DNA of 64,000 nucleotides from an uncultured Planctomycetota bacterium (GCA_963823665.1 CAWGMQ010000004.1:2048001-2112000); one strand, 5' to 3'. Numbered from the stretch's first letter, positions 18,103 through 33,419 are shown. Notes: generated by a model from the letters alone, not told the origin. Program-made: numbers and translations.

Positions 18103-18328
18103 GGGATATGGTCCACCCGGGGAGGGCAAAAAAGTCGCCGAGAGTGGCGAATACAGACAGAGAGGAGACGCGGGTTGCAACGGCCAGTCCCGAGGCCGGA
18201 ACCCTTCAGGCGGCGCCGCCCGGCAGCCTCACGGGGACGGCCAACCAAGCGGGAGCGTTCCTACTAGTTCGAGCTTACCATACTGTTTCGATTCAGTGGA
18301 AGAGGCACGGTAAGCCAAGTCCATTCCG

Positions 18329-20187
18329 CTAGACGGAAGTCTGAGGATCGGGTGGTCGATAGCCCAGGTCGAGGAACTGCACGCCGTCCGAGCGCGAAAC
18401 CCGGATCATGATTGACTGGTAGGGCTCGAAGACGAGTTTGATTGCAAACGACTTTTCCTCGCACCAGATTGTGATTCGTCGAGTCATTCGCTCGCGACAG
18501 TGTGACTGGCCATAGCGCATCGGGTACCGAATGTCGCGCGTCATCGGATGGCTGAAGAATAGATAGAGGCATTCCGGAGTCCGCCGCGCCCAGAACGGCG
18601 GGATGTCTCGACCGTCAACCAGCGGTAGCAAGCCAGCTTGATCGAGTCGGGAGCAGACGTTTTCGCAAGTCTGAAGGCGATCGAGCATCGTCTGGTAATC
18701 GGGGCGAGGATGCTTGCCGGCGCGCGGGGAACGCGCCCCAGGATCACCCGCAGGCCCGTTTTGGCCAGGCGAACAATCTCGGCCAAGGCGTTGCCGTCCA
18801 ACCAGTCAACGTCGACCATCAGGCCGGAAAACCGACAGTCGCCGACGCAAAGGCGGCCGTTGTGGATCTCCGACCGACCGAGGCACGCAGAAGAAACCCA
18901 AAGAGGAGCGTATCCCTCGATATCGCGGGGAACAACGACGTGCCGCATCTCCCATCGATGGAACGCAGCGGGCGTTCGTTCGTTGTCGGGAATCCGGTCG
19001 AGCCGGCGATTGTCCTCATTCGGCAAGTACACCGCCAAACGCGATTCAGTTCGTCCCAGCTTCAACAATGCCGAGACAAGTTCCAGATACGCATTGAAAG
19101 CGGGCAATTCAGCCGCAAAAGCGCAATCAGGCCCGACATGCACCGACGCGTAAAACTCGTTCCGCTCGCCCGGCCCGTTGAATGGCATTCCGTGCCAGAC
19201 AATCTGATTGACTCCATTTGCAAAGAGCGCATCGGCCAGCAGCTTCAGGTCGGCCACTTGCTCTTTGTGCCAGTAGAGGTAGGGCTCCAGGTTGGTCCGT
19301 GTGACGAAACCGTAAAGGCATGTGAACGATTCGGCGCTCACGACCGGCTTGTCGAAGAGTGCGGCGGCGGAGGCCGCGATCCGCGAGAATGGCGGTGTGA
19401 ACAGAATTGCTTCCGACTCGGGAATGTCCACCGCTCCGTAGGCCGCGAGTAGGTCCGTGGGGGCACCGTGGCATTGCACCCGCGAGAACGCGCCGTGGCG
19501 GCGGCAGATCGCGGCGAACTCTTCGTAGAATTCGTGGAGTATGGCCTCGGCGATCATCGTGCGATAGTCATAGCGAAGATCGGGGTCGTCGTCGATCTGA
19601 TCGTCGAGCCCCTCCAGGCGATACCCGAACCGCTCGGTGAAGCGATTCCAGAGTTTCGGGTCCCAGAGCCGCCGCGTATCGAGCTCCAGGGAGTCGCAGA
19701 ACAAGGCCGAAGGCGAGCCAGGAAGAGCTTCCGCGAGCGCCGGGAGGATCGTTTCGGAATAGCGGCCCAGTGCGTGCCGGTCGAGATGGTTGAGCACGTG
19801 AATCTCGCTCGAGGAGTCGGGTTCCCACGAGCCGTGGAGCCGTTGATGCGAGAATCCATCGAATGTTCGTGACGAGTCGGCTCTTCGAACCGCCGATCCG
19901 CCGAAGGGCCAGCAACTGCCGAAGGTGAAATCGCACCCAAGCCCGAGGCGATCGGCCTCTTGCTTGGTGAAAGCGACCAGGCTGGACCATTCCGCTCCGA
20001 GCCATTCGATTCCCGGCTCGACGTCACCCATCCAGGATGGCCAGAGCCAGGCAAGCTCGACGCCGCCGAATCCATTTGCGTGGAGCCACGCAAGCTGGCT
20101 GCGAATGTCGTCGGGACGGAAAGGTCCCGCGAGCCACCACCAGCGGGTGTAAGGCTTTGAGCCTCCGCGAAAGTATGGCACCGACAT
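18329..20187 (-). CDS. GH106-like glycosyl hydrolase (alpha-L-rhamnosidase N-terminal domain), frameshift near 18715
   Basis: KPYTRWWW, GFGGVE, GSCWPFGG, LFCDSLE, VDIPESE, VVSAESFT and GVNQIVWHG. Confidence 0.75.
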
Positions 20188-20571
20188 CCGAGTTTCGCTT
20201 TCGAGCAACGTCCGAGCGTCGACGATCTGCCGTGAGCGCAGCCACGGTTGACGATGCAGCCACTCGGTGACGGGCGCGAGCGATTTGAGCATTGCCGGTA
20301 ACTTCCTGGGACAGACATCTGGCGGTAGGCATTCGCCCGCGACTCGACGATCTCGAATCACACCTGGTTCTCTCCACATACGGAGTGAACACCATGCTGG
20401 ATACTGTCGCCGACAACTTGAAGAACGGCAAGGATGCCACCGGTCACACTGGCGATTGTGCCCCGATCGCTACGCTGCTCTAATACAGGCAGGAATCTGG
20501 GGAGGGAAATCGGGATGCCCGAACCTCGAATGCCTGTCGTATCGTGCGCCGCGTACCCTGAGGTTGGCCGG

Positions 20572-22824
20572 ATGAAGCCGATGAAGAATGGCGGTGGCTG
20601 GGCGGCCATCAAGTACAGCCTTCGGATGGCCAACAAGGTTGGCTGGTCGCGCCTCTGGAAAGCCATGTCGGCCAAGAACGCCTGCAAAACATGCGCTGTC
20701 GGCATGGGCGGTCAATCCGGAGGAATGCGGAACGAAGCCGGGCACTTTCCCGAAGTCTGCAAGAAGTCGTTCCAGGCGATGGTTGCCGACATGCAGGGCG
20801 CCCTCCGTCCGGGTTTTTTCCAAGCGATCAGCCTGGACCAGCTCCGTTCGCTTTCTCCGCGCGAGCTCGAATGGAGCGGCCGATTGACAAGCCCTCTTTA
20901 CGCCGGGCCAATCGATACCCACTATCGCTCGATCACCTGGGATGAAGCCCTGGCACGCCTGGCTGAACGACTGAAGCGCCAGCAGCCTGACGAGAGCTTC
21001 TTCTACGCCAGCGGCCGCTCTTCCAACGAGGCCGGCTTCTTGCTTCAACTTTTCGCGCGTCTGTATGGCACAAATTATGTCAACAACTGCTCGTTCTACT
21101 GCCACCAGGCCAGCGGTGTGGGGCTTACCAAGTCGCTTGGCAGCGGTACTGCCACGGTGACGCTTGAAGATGTGGAGCACGCTGACTTGTTCGTTCTGAT
21201 CGGTGGCAATCCCGCTTCGAATCACCCGCGTTTGCTGCGCACGCTCATGCAGATTCGGCGCAACAGCGGCCAGGTCATCGTCATCAACCCGATCAAGGAA
21301 ATCGGACTGGTGAATTTCCGCGTGCCGTCGGATGTGCGCAGCATGCTTTTCGGCTCATCGATCGCAAGCCTGTACGTTCAACCCCACATCGGCGGCGATA
21401 TTGCCCTTTTGACTGGCGTGGCCAAGTTCTTGCTCGAGCGACAGCAGGTTGATTCGCGGTTCATTGGCCAGTCGACCGAAGGCTTCGACGATTTTCGCCG
21501 TCAAGTCGAATCAGCAGACTGGAGCACGATCGAAAAGGCAAGTGGCGTCGAGCGCACGGCAATCGAGAAGATCGCCAACCAATACGCCGCCGCCAAGAAT
21601 GCAATCTTCGCCTGGACGATGGGCATCACTCATCACGCGCATGGCGTTCCTAACGTGCGCATGATCGTCAACCTCGCCCTGTTGCGCGGAATGGTGGGCA
21701 GGCCGGGAGCCGGGCTCTTGCCGATTCGCGGGCATTCGAACGTGCAGGGGATCGGATCGGTCGGCGTCACGCCCAACCTCAAGCAGGCGATTCTCGATCG
21801 CCTCGAGTCGCTCTTGAAAGTCAAGCTTCCCGCCCAGCCCGGTCTGGACACGATGGCCTGTATGCGCGCTGCCACGGAGGGAAAAGTGAAGTCCGCCGTC
21901 TGCCTGGGTGGCAATCTCTTCGGCTCGAATCCCGATGCCACATTCGCTGCGCGAGCGCTCGGCAAGCTTGAGCTCGTGGTCTACATGAACACGACGCTCA
22001 ATACCGGACACGCCTGGGGACGAGGGCGAGAGACGCTGATCCTGCCCGTGCGAGCCCGTGATGAGGAAGAGGCAACAACGCAGGAATCGATGTTCAATTT
22101 CGTCCGGCTCTCCGACGGCGGCCCGCCACGCCACGAAGGCACGCGCACCGAGGTTTCCATCATTGCCGAGCTGGGCCGGCGCGTGCTCGGTGAAAATTCG
22201 CCCGTCGACTGGCAGGCGATGAACGAAAACATGAACGTCCGCCAGCTTATTGCTCAGGCCGTGCCGGGCTTCGAGTCGCTCGCGACCATTGACCAGACCA
22301 AACACGAGTTTCAGATCCCGGGGCGAACGTTTCACACGCACCAATTCCCGACGCCAACGGGCAAGGCCTGCTTCGCTGCCGTCGCGATTCCGGAGCCGCC
22401 GGCCGGCTCGGGCCAGCTTCGCCTCATGACGATTCGTTCCGAGGGGCAATTCAACACAGTCGTCTACGAAGAGGAAGATATCTATCGCGGGCAGGAAAGG
22501 CGCGACGTGATTTTGATGAATGCGGAAGACATACGTCGGCGCGGCCTGGCAACCGACCAGCAAGTTTGCGTCCGGAGCTCCGCCGGCGCAATGCACGGCG
22601 TGCGAGTGCGCCCGTTCGACATCAAGGCCGGTAACGCAGCGATGTATTTCCCGGAGGCAAACACCCTGGTTCCGGGCACGATTGACCCCGACTCGAAGAC
22701 GCCCGCGTTCAAGTCGGTGCCCATCACGCTCGAGCCGGAGCCAGCGTACGCACCAACTGGCCAGAACGGAATTCAGGAAACAGGAGCTGGCGTCGCCGTT
22801 TCGCTTGACGTGGCGCGAACCTGA
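20572..22824 (+). CDS. FdhF/YdeP family molybdopterin oxidoreductase
   Basis: CKTCA, FYASGRSSNE, NNCSFYCHQASG, NPASNHPR, PIRGHSNVQG, RSEGQFNT and SKTPAFKS. Confidence 0.93.
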   Translation: MKPMKNGGGWAAIKYSLRMANKVGWSRLWKAMSAKNACKTCAVGMGGQSGGMRNEAGHFPEVCKKSFQAMVADMQGALRPGFFQAISLDQLRSLSPRELEWSGRLTSPLYAGPIDTHYRSITWDEALARLAERLKRQQPDESFFYASGRSSNEAGFLLQLFARLYGTNYVNNCSFYCHQASGVGLTKSLGSGTATVTLEDVEHADLFVLIGGNPASNHPRLLRTLMQIRRNSGQVIVINPIKEIGLVNFRVPSDVRSMLFGSSIASLYVQPHIGGDIALLTGVAKFLLERQQVDSRFIGQSTEGFDDFRRQVESADWSTIEKASGVERTAIEKIANQYAAAKNAIFAWTMGITHHAHGVPNVRMIVNLALLRGMVGRPGAGLLPIRGHSNVQGIGSVGVTPNLKQAILDRLESLLKVKLPAQPGLDTMACMRAATEGKVKSAVCLGGNLFGSNPDATFAARALGKLELVVYMNTTLNTGHAWGRGRETLILPVRARDEEEATTQESMFNFVRLSDGGPPRHEGTRTEVSIIAELGRRVLGENSPVDWQAMNENMNVRQLIAQAVPGFESLATIDQTKHEFQIPGRTFHTHQFPTPTGKACFAAVAIPEPPAGSGQLRLMTIRSEGQFNTVVYEEEDIYRGQERRDVILMNAEDIRRRGLATDQQVCVRSSAGAMHGVRVRPFDIKAGNAAMYFPEANTLVPGTIDPDSKTPAFKSVPITLEPEPAYAPTGQNGIQETGAGVAVSLDVART

Positions 22825-22829
22825 TAACG

Positions 22830-24068
22830 ATGACAAAGAAGCCCTCACGGACCGCGTCGTGGCCACAAATCGCCGTGCTGCTGGTGGGTCTTACCGTTTT
22901 AGTCTTTGCGGCAGCCTGGCTCGTATTCGTCACCGGAAAACCCCTGGCGCCAGAAGCGGCAAAGCGCCCGGCCGGGCCATCGAACAAAATCAGGCTCATC
23001 ACATTTGACCGGCCGTTTCCGCCGGAGGGCCGATTCGTGGCCGACCCCTACGTCGGCTCGCGCGTCTGTGCGGAGTGTCATCCTGGCGAGAGTGCGATGC
23101 ATTCGCGGTCCGGGCACGCGCTGACCCTGCGGCCGGCTGGCCGGCTCGAGATCTCGCGCCGGCTTGACGAAACCAAGCAAGCAGATCCCGAGATCGACGG
23201 GGTCACGTGGAGCTACCAGTACGAAAAGGGTGAGCTGCACATCACGCGCACGGCGGCGAGCGAGATCCAGCAATGGATCGCCGACTACGCCCTTGGCTCA
23301 GGCCACCACGCCCTGACGTATGTGAGCATGATCGACCACCAGATACCGCACGTCCTCGAGCATCGGCTAACGTATTACCACCGGCAGGACGGCAAGAGCG
23401 GTCTGGGCATCACGCCCGGCCACGACACCCGGCCAGCTCCTCCGGGGCTGAAGCCCTACGGTGGCGAGCTTCCTCCACGGATCGCTCGGGAGTGCTTCCG
23501 CTGCCACGCCACGCAGCTCGCCGCCGGCGACGACGATCAGCGGTTCGACGAGAATACGATGATCCCGAACGTCTCCTGCGAACGCTGCCACGGACCGGCC
23601 AAGGCTCACGTCGCCGCCGCGCGACGGCATGCCCCGGCATCCGATCTGATGCTTCCCTTCGGCCCCGATCACTACACGGCCGCGCAGCTCATTACGATGT
23701 GCGGAAGCTGCCACCGCCTGCCGTCGGCCTCACAGGCGGGCCGAATCAACCCCGCGGACCCCAACCTGGTGCGCTTCCAACCAGTCGGTATCGCGCAGTC
23801 GAAGTGCTACCAGAAAAGCGGCGGAGCGTTCAGTTGCGTCACTTGCCACGACCCACATGCACGCGTCTCTCCCGATCGCCCGGCGTATGACAAGACGTGC
23901 CTGTCCTGTCATGGGGGCCCGGGCGTGCCCAAGCCCGAGACTCTACCCAAACCGGCGCCGGAATGCCCGGTCTCCGCTCAATCACGCTGCGTTGAATGCC
24001 ACATGCCGCGGAAGGACGCTGGGCAGGGCATTCTATTCTCGGATCACTGGATTCGGATTCACCATTGA
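22830..24068 (+). CDS. Membrane-anchored multiheme c-type cytochrome (7 CxxCH, c554-like)
   Basis: CAECH, CFRCH, CERCH, CGSCH, CVTCH, CLSCH and CVECH; N-terminal TM. Confidence 0.88.
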   Translation: MTKKPSRTASWPQIAVLLVGLTVLVFAAAWLVFVTGKPLAPEAAKRPAGPSNKIRLITFDRPFPPEGRFVADPYVGSRVCAECHPGESAMHSRSGHALTLRPAGRLEISRRLDETKQADPEIDGVTWSYQYEKGELHITRTAASEIQQWIADYALGSGHHALTYVSMIDHQIPHVLEHRLTYYHRQDGKSGLGITPGHDTRPAPPGLKPYGGELPPRIARECFRCHATQLAAGDDDQRFDENTMIPNVSCERCHGPAKAHVAAARRHAPASDLMLPFGPDHYTAAQLITMCGSCHRLPSASQAGRINPADPNLVRFQPVGIAQSKCYQKSGGAFSCVTCHDPHARVSPDRPAYDKTCLSCHGGPGVPKPETLPKPAPECPVSAQSRCVECHMPRKDAGQGILFSDHWIRIHH

Positions 24069-24700
24069 TGTGGCCTGACGCGACGAAAACGCGCTCGATG
24101 CTCGAAGACGCGGCGGCGAATGACCCATCCGCGATTGATAAGCTGCTGGCCTGCCATCGCGAGCCCCTTCGTCGCGTCATCGCCATGCGTCTCGATCGCG
24201 CCCTCAATCGACGCGAAGACGCCAGCGACGTGGTGCAGAGCGTCTTGCTCGAGGCGAGCCGGCGCCTGGCTGATTACCTGCGCGAGCCGGGCATGCCTTT
24301 TCAGGCCTGGCTACGACAAATCGCCCGTGATCGGCTCATTGATGTGCACCGGCGGCACCGCGTGGCCGGGCGACGCAGCATCGACCGCGAGCGATCGATC
24401 ACCGCCAGGGAGTTCCTCGATCGCTCGTCGATGGATCTTGCAAGTGCCCTTCGCGATCAGGCCCTTACACCAGCGGCTGACGCGATGCGCCGCGAGTTGA
24501 TTGATCGCTTTCATTCCGCACTAGAGCAGCTCGGCGAAGACGATCGCGAGATCCTCATCATGCGACACTTCGAGCATTTGACGAACGCGGAATGCGCGGA
24601 GGCTCTGGGATTAAGCGAGCCCGCTGCCGGCATGCGCTATCTTCGCGCTCTGCGAAGGCTGCGTGATCTACTGGCCAGACGACCCGATCAGGAACTGTGA
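24068..24700 (+). CDS. ECF sigma-70 factor (planctomycete type)
   Basis: DASDVVQ region 2, AWLRQIARDRLIDVHRRH, region 4 DREILIMRHFE...RYLRALRRL; start overlaps the upstream stop (TGATG). Confidence 0.9.
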   Translation: MWPDATKTRSMLEDAAANDPSAIDKLLACHREPLRRVIAMRLDRALNRREDASDVVQSVLLEASRRLADYLREPGMPFQAWLRQIARDRLIDVHRRHRVAGRRSIDRERSITAREFLDRSSMDLASALRDQALTPAADAMRRELIDRFHSALEQLGEDDREILIMRHFEHLTNAECAEALGLSEPAAGMRYLRALRRLRDLLARRPDQEL

Positions 24701-24702
24701 GA

Positions 24703-26419
24703 ATGAGCCTCGAACCCGGTGAAGAGCCCGTTCTCCCGCGAGACCATGAACTGGCGCGGCTGCTCTCGGAGATGATCGAAAATGCTCCGCAAGCGCGAAT
24801 TCCCGATATTCTAGCAGCCTGCCGGCGAGATCCAGGCGCTCGAGCGTGAGCTGCGCGAGCTGTGGCAGACCGCCCAGCTCGCCAACGAGCTGGCCTGCAT
24901 GGCTGAGACTGGCGAGACGATCGATCATCCGCCCACAACGGCTTTCAAAGGCGAAGCGCCATCGGTGCCCGGTGCCGTGCCGCCTCGCATTGGCGATTGT
25001 GAGCTGCTGCAAGAACTGGGACGCGGCGGCATGGGCGTGGTCTATTGCGCCAGGCATGTTCGTCTGGAGGCGATCGTCGCGCTCAAGATTCTCCGAAATG
25101 CCTCAGCGGCTTCGGCGGTGGATCTGGCCCGTTTCCGGGCCGAGGCGACCTCAGCGGCCCGGCTCGCACATCCAAACATCGTGCCGGTGTACGACGTCGG
25201 AGTTCACGAGGGTCAACCGTACTTCATCATGAGGATCATCAACGGCCAGTCGTTGGCACGGCGTCTCGCCGATGGTCCCATTCCCGCTCGCGAAGCAGCG
25301 AGTTTGCTCGCGCCGATTGCGCGCGCGATGGACTACGCACACCGCCACGGCGTGCTCCACCGTGATCTCAAACCGTCGAATATCCTTCTCGACGAGGATG
25401 GAATTCCCCACGTGGCCGACTTCGGACTGGCCAAACGGCTCGACGTGGATCTCGACCTGACTTCCTCTGGGGCGATCGTCGGAACGCCCGGATACATGGC
25501 TCCCGAACAAGTGGGTATAGGCCGTGGCCGCATTGGACCCGCCAGCGACGTCTACAGTCTGGGAGCGATCCTCTACCAGATGCTCACCGGCCGCCCGCCG
25601 TTTCAGGCAGCCACGGCGATTGATACGGTGTTCCTCGTCCTGGAGCAGGATCCGTTGCCACCGCGGCTGCTCAATCCGCGAGTCGACCGCGACCTGGAGA
25701 TGATCTCGCTCAAGTGTTTGCAAAAGCCTGCCGATCTGCGCTATTCGACCGCGGCCGGCCTGGCTTCAGATCTCGAGGCTTACCTGGCCGGCGAGCCGAC
25801 CTCGGCCCGATCGGGGCGGTTCACCACCATTGTCAGCCGTGCCCTTCGTGAAACGCACCACGCGGCGGTGCTCGAGAACTGGGGGCTTCTCTGGATCTGG
25901 CACAGCGTCGTGGTGCTGTTGCTCTGCCTTCTGACAAATTATCTGCAAGAGCGCGGCGTCAAGTCGCCGGGGCCGTACCTGCTGATCTGGACCGTCGGTT
26001 TCAGCACATGGGCAGCCATCTTCTGGCGGCTCCGCCATCGCGGCGGACCCGTGACGTTCGTCGAGCGTCAGATCGCCCACGTCTGGGGCGCAAGCATGAT
26101 CGGCTGCTCGTTGCTGTTCCTGATCGAAATCATGCTTGGTCTGCCGGTACTCTCACTTTCGCCGGTGCTGGCGGTCTTCGGTGGGATGGTGTTCCTGATC
26201 AAGGCCGGGATTCTCTCCGGGATGTTCTACATACCGGCTGCTGGGATGTTCCTGACCGCGGGTTTGATGGCGGCGTGGCCGCGATTTGCGATCACGATGT
26301 TCGGAGTGAGCTCGGGGCTGGGTTTCTTCGTGCCGGGGTTGATGTATCAATTGCGGCGAGTGCGTTCTTTGCGGGTGTTTGGGGCTAGCCGGGTCAGCAC
26401 ATCCGAGCGCGACGCGTAG
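24703..26419 (+). CDS. Ser/Thr protein kinase with C-terminal multi-TM domain, frameshift near 24830
   Basis: ELGRGGMGVVY, VALK, HRDLKPSN, DFG and GTPGYMAPEQ; about 6 C-terminal TMs; N-terminal MSLEPGEEP... lies in another frame. Confidence 0.9.
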
Positions 26420-26568
26420 AGCTGATGCGCTGGTTTATCGTAGGTCGTGCGCTACTCGCCGTATAGCCTGCCACGCTTGGTCGAGGACACAGTCCCCAAT
26501 CGCCCCGCCAGCGTGGTTGAATCTCGGCAACCATCAAAGCAGTGCCTGAACGGCAGACCAAGCGCGTG

Positions 26569-26638
26569 TGGCTGATGCTGAGGACTTAGAATCCTCTGGG
26601 CAGGAACGCCCGTGTCGGTTCGATTCCCGCCGCCCGTA
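26569..26638 (+). repeat. 5'-truncated, degenerate tRNA-Leu (TAG-like) copy; probable att core
   Basis: TGGCTGATGCTGAGGACTTAGAATCCTCTGGG...GGTTCGATTCCCGCCGCCCGTA; no 5' acceptor strand; C-C mismatch in the T stem. Confidence 0.8.
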
Positions 26639-27214
26639 TTGGACTTGCGACAAATAGTGGACGGGAACTTGTTGAATGGACTTGGTCCCACGCCCCGCGT
26701 CGCATTGGGGTGGTATCGACCATTTTACGACTGAAGGGCGAGTCCTCTGGCAACCGACGTGAGCGAGAATCTAGTCCCACCATAACCCAAATTCCCGTGA
26801 AATTTCCCGACCGGGCAGCGTCCACGCGGGCGCGTTAAGCAAGACCAGCTCGAGCGCTACCTGGACACAGGCTTCGGTGTCATGTCGTGGACGCAGTAAC
26901 GAGGTGCGCCCCTGGGTGGAGCGGCAGCGGCCCGGGAACCGGCAGGCCCAGCGCTGCGAGACGCGGTCGTGCTCGGCCGTGTTGACCCCATCGCGGGAGC
27001 AAGCGACAATGCAAGGGATTCGCCTCGGGTGGCCGGGGCCGGAGTCGCCCGAGTCGCCCCGGAGCCCGGGCGGGGCGGCCGTGGCCGGCGTGACGCTGGG
27101 AGAGGAGCGGCGACCGGCCAGCGCGGACCGGACGCGGTGCCCGTGTCCCGGCCGAGGTCCACGACGGCCCGCCCGGCGCGGCGCTCCAACCCCCATGGGG
27201 TGAGGCCCCGACGA

Positions 27215-31646
<4,432 letters not shown>

Positions 31647-31691
31647 CGATGCCACAACGCGATCTGGTGACGCTGAACGTCGATTGAGGCT

Positions 31692-32165
31692 TCACGGATC
31701 GGCCGGCTCCCGACGGAGGACCACCAGGCTGCCGGCCCGATCAACCCGGCGATAGCCGCCCGACTCGACCAGTTCGTTGACGAATGTCGGCACGCCGGGG
31801 AAGTAGTCGGCCGCGTCGTGGAAGGCCACGTAGCCGCCGTCGACGACCCAGGGCTCGAAATGGAAGAAGTCGCGCGCGACGTTGACGTAGTCGTGGAGGC
31901 CGTCGATCAGGAGCAGGGCGATCGGTCGGCCCCAGGGGACGTCCGGGGCATTCGCCACGATCGGCTCGACGACGTCCGCAAGGCCCGCGGCGGCCATGTT
32001 CGGCGCGAAAGTACGGCAAGCTCGGGGGACCGGCGAGGAGCCCCTGGTCGAGAGCGCCCACGATCCCGTCGTGCCGGTCGATCGCGAACACCCTGGCGCC
32101 GGGCCGAAGGGCCTTGGCCAACATCCCCAGGACGACGGTGCCCCGCCCGAAGTAGCTCGCCTCCT
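31692..32165 (-). pseudogene. Class I SAM-dependent methyltransferase (Methyltransf_24-like), 5'-truncated and frameshifted
   Basis: SYFGRGTVVL, VFAID, LLLIDGLHDY and GGYVAFHD across two frames; N-terminus missing. Confidence 0.7.
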
Positions 32166-32558
32166 CCCGAATCGGGTAACCCGGTCTCGCCGGCGGATGC
32201 CCGCCGATCGTCACTGCGGCGGCGGGCGCGTCGGGCCCAGCATCGGGGTCGGTGTCGAGAAGAACGTCTGGGTCGGAGCCGAGGGGGGGCGCGTGGGCTT
32301 GCCGGACGGGCCGGCGTTCGGGCTGGCGTCGATCGAGGGGTGGTGATATGCCGGCCCGCCCGGCTCGCGCGTCCCTCCGACCAGGGGCGCGGGGCCCATC
32401 GACGTTGCGAACGAGACGCGTTCCGGCGGCCGAGTCGGCTCGCCCGTCGGGTTCGGGGCCGTCGAGCCGCCCGCCCCGGCGGCCTCGGCATGCGTCCCCG
32501 CCCGCCCGACGCCGGGCGCCTGCTCGACCCTTGCCGACTCGTCGTCGCTTGCTGCCAT
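32166..32558 (-). pseudogene. Pro-rich N-terminal remnant of a Ser/Thr kinase
   Basis: Low-complexity leader ending in PARPGYPIREE, which resembles the PxxPGYxIxxELG entry of planctomycete kinases. Confidence 0.45.
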
Positions 32559-33042
32559 CGTTACAACCTCCCCGCCGGCACGCCGACGCTCGTTTCGTGG
32601 AGCCCCGCGCCGGGCGTCGGCCCCGACCTCCGATCCACGACCGATCTCCGGTTGGATGCCGACACCCTCGTACGATACTCGGAGCCGGACGGCGACGGAA
32701 GCGCCTTCCGTCTCGACGCTCAGCTTCGACGTGTTTGCGCGCTTCGGTCTGATCGACCGATGCGCCCAACGGCCCAGTGATTCCACAACGCATCCGGCAA
32801 TCGATTCACGCCGTGTCCTCATGGACGCACGCCAGGATGCCTTCGCGGATCTCAGGTCTGTCGGAGGTGATCCGGCGATCGATCCGATCCGGCCCTGCGG
32901 CCCGATTTGGTAAGAATATGGTAAGACTACTGACCGTGCCAGCCCAATGCGGCTACAATTGATCCCGAAAGAGCCAGCGATGTAACTGGCTTATAGAACA
33001 AAGACTTAAACGTCACCGCAACATCAGCCGAATGCCACGCTG

Positions 33043-33111
33043 ATGGCAGACGCTGAGCACTTAAAATCCTCTGGGGGTAACCCCGTGTGGGTTCGATTCC
33101 CACCGTCGGTA
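33043..33111 (+). repeat. 5'-truncated copy of tRNA-Leu(TAA); probable attR core
   Basis: 69 nt matching the 3' part of the tRNA at 6460-6528 with 3 mismatches; identity extends 2 nt past the discriminator; first 14 nt of the tRNA are absent. Confidence 0.9.
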
Positions 33112-33174
33112 ATCGAAACCCTCCGCTGGCCACATCCGGCCCGGACGGTAGAATTGAACTGGAGGAGTTCTGCC

Positions 33175-33414
33175 ATGAACTCTCAGAACGTTGGCGTGAT
33201 TGTCGTTGCCGAGAAAAGCGAACCCGCAAGCGCGAACGCTCGGGGGGACTATGACATGCCCACGGAAGCACCGATCCAGGAGCTCGGCGTTGACGAGCTT
33301 CTCGATTACAAGCCGGTGCCGCCCCGGCGGGTCGTGCAAACATACGCCCGATACCCGCGGCAGGGTCGCGGGCGGCCGCTTCCCGATTTGCTGGACGAGG
33401 CTGGCCCGGAATGA
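33175..33414 (+). CDS. Small hypothetical protein
   Basis: GGAGGAG RBS; MNSQNVGVIVVAEKSEP...; the stop overlaps the next ATG. Confidence 0.5.
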   Translation: MNSQNVGVIVVAEKSEPASANARGDYDMPTEAPIQELGVDELLDYKPVPPRRVVQTYARYPRQGRGRPLPDLLDEAGPE

Positions 33415-33419
33415 CAATC

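Noticed and set aside
20572..22824. Selenocysteine formate dehydrogenase
   Set aside because: No in-frame TGA; the active site reads YCHQ (Cys) and the family signature is YdeP-like.
21511..22866. 451-aa minus-strand ORF (likewise 56095-57360, 45338-46375 and 49881-50714)
   Set aside because: Each lies opposite a well-supported gene and has no recognisable motifs.
26554..26638. Functional tRNA-Leu(TAG)
   Set aside because: No 5' acceptor strand or 5' D-stem upstream of TGG, and a mismatch in the T stem; kept only as a fragment.
33029..33111. Second functional tRNA-Leu(TAA)
   Set aside because: First 14 nt are missing and the anticodon stem has a mismatch (GAGCA/TCCTC).
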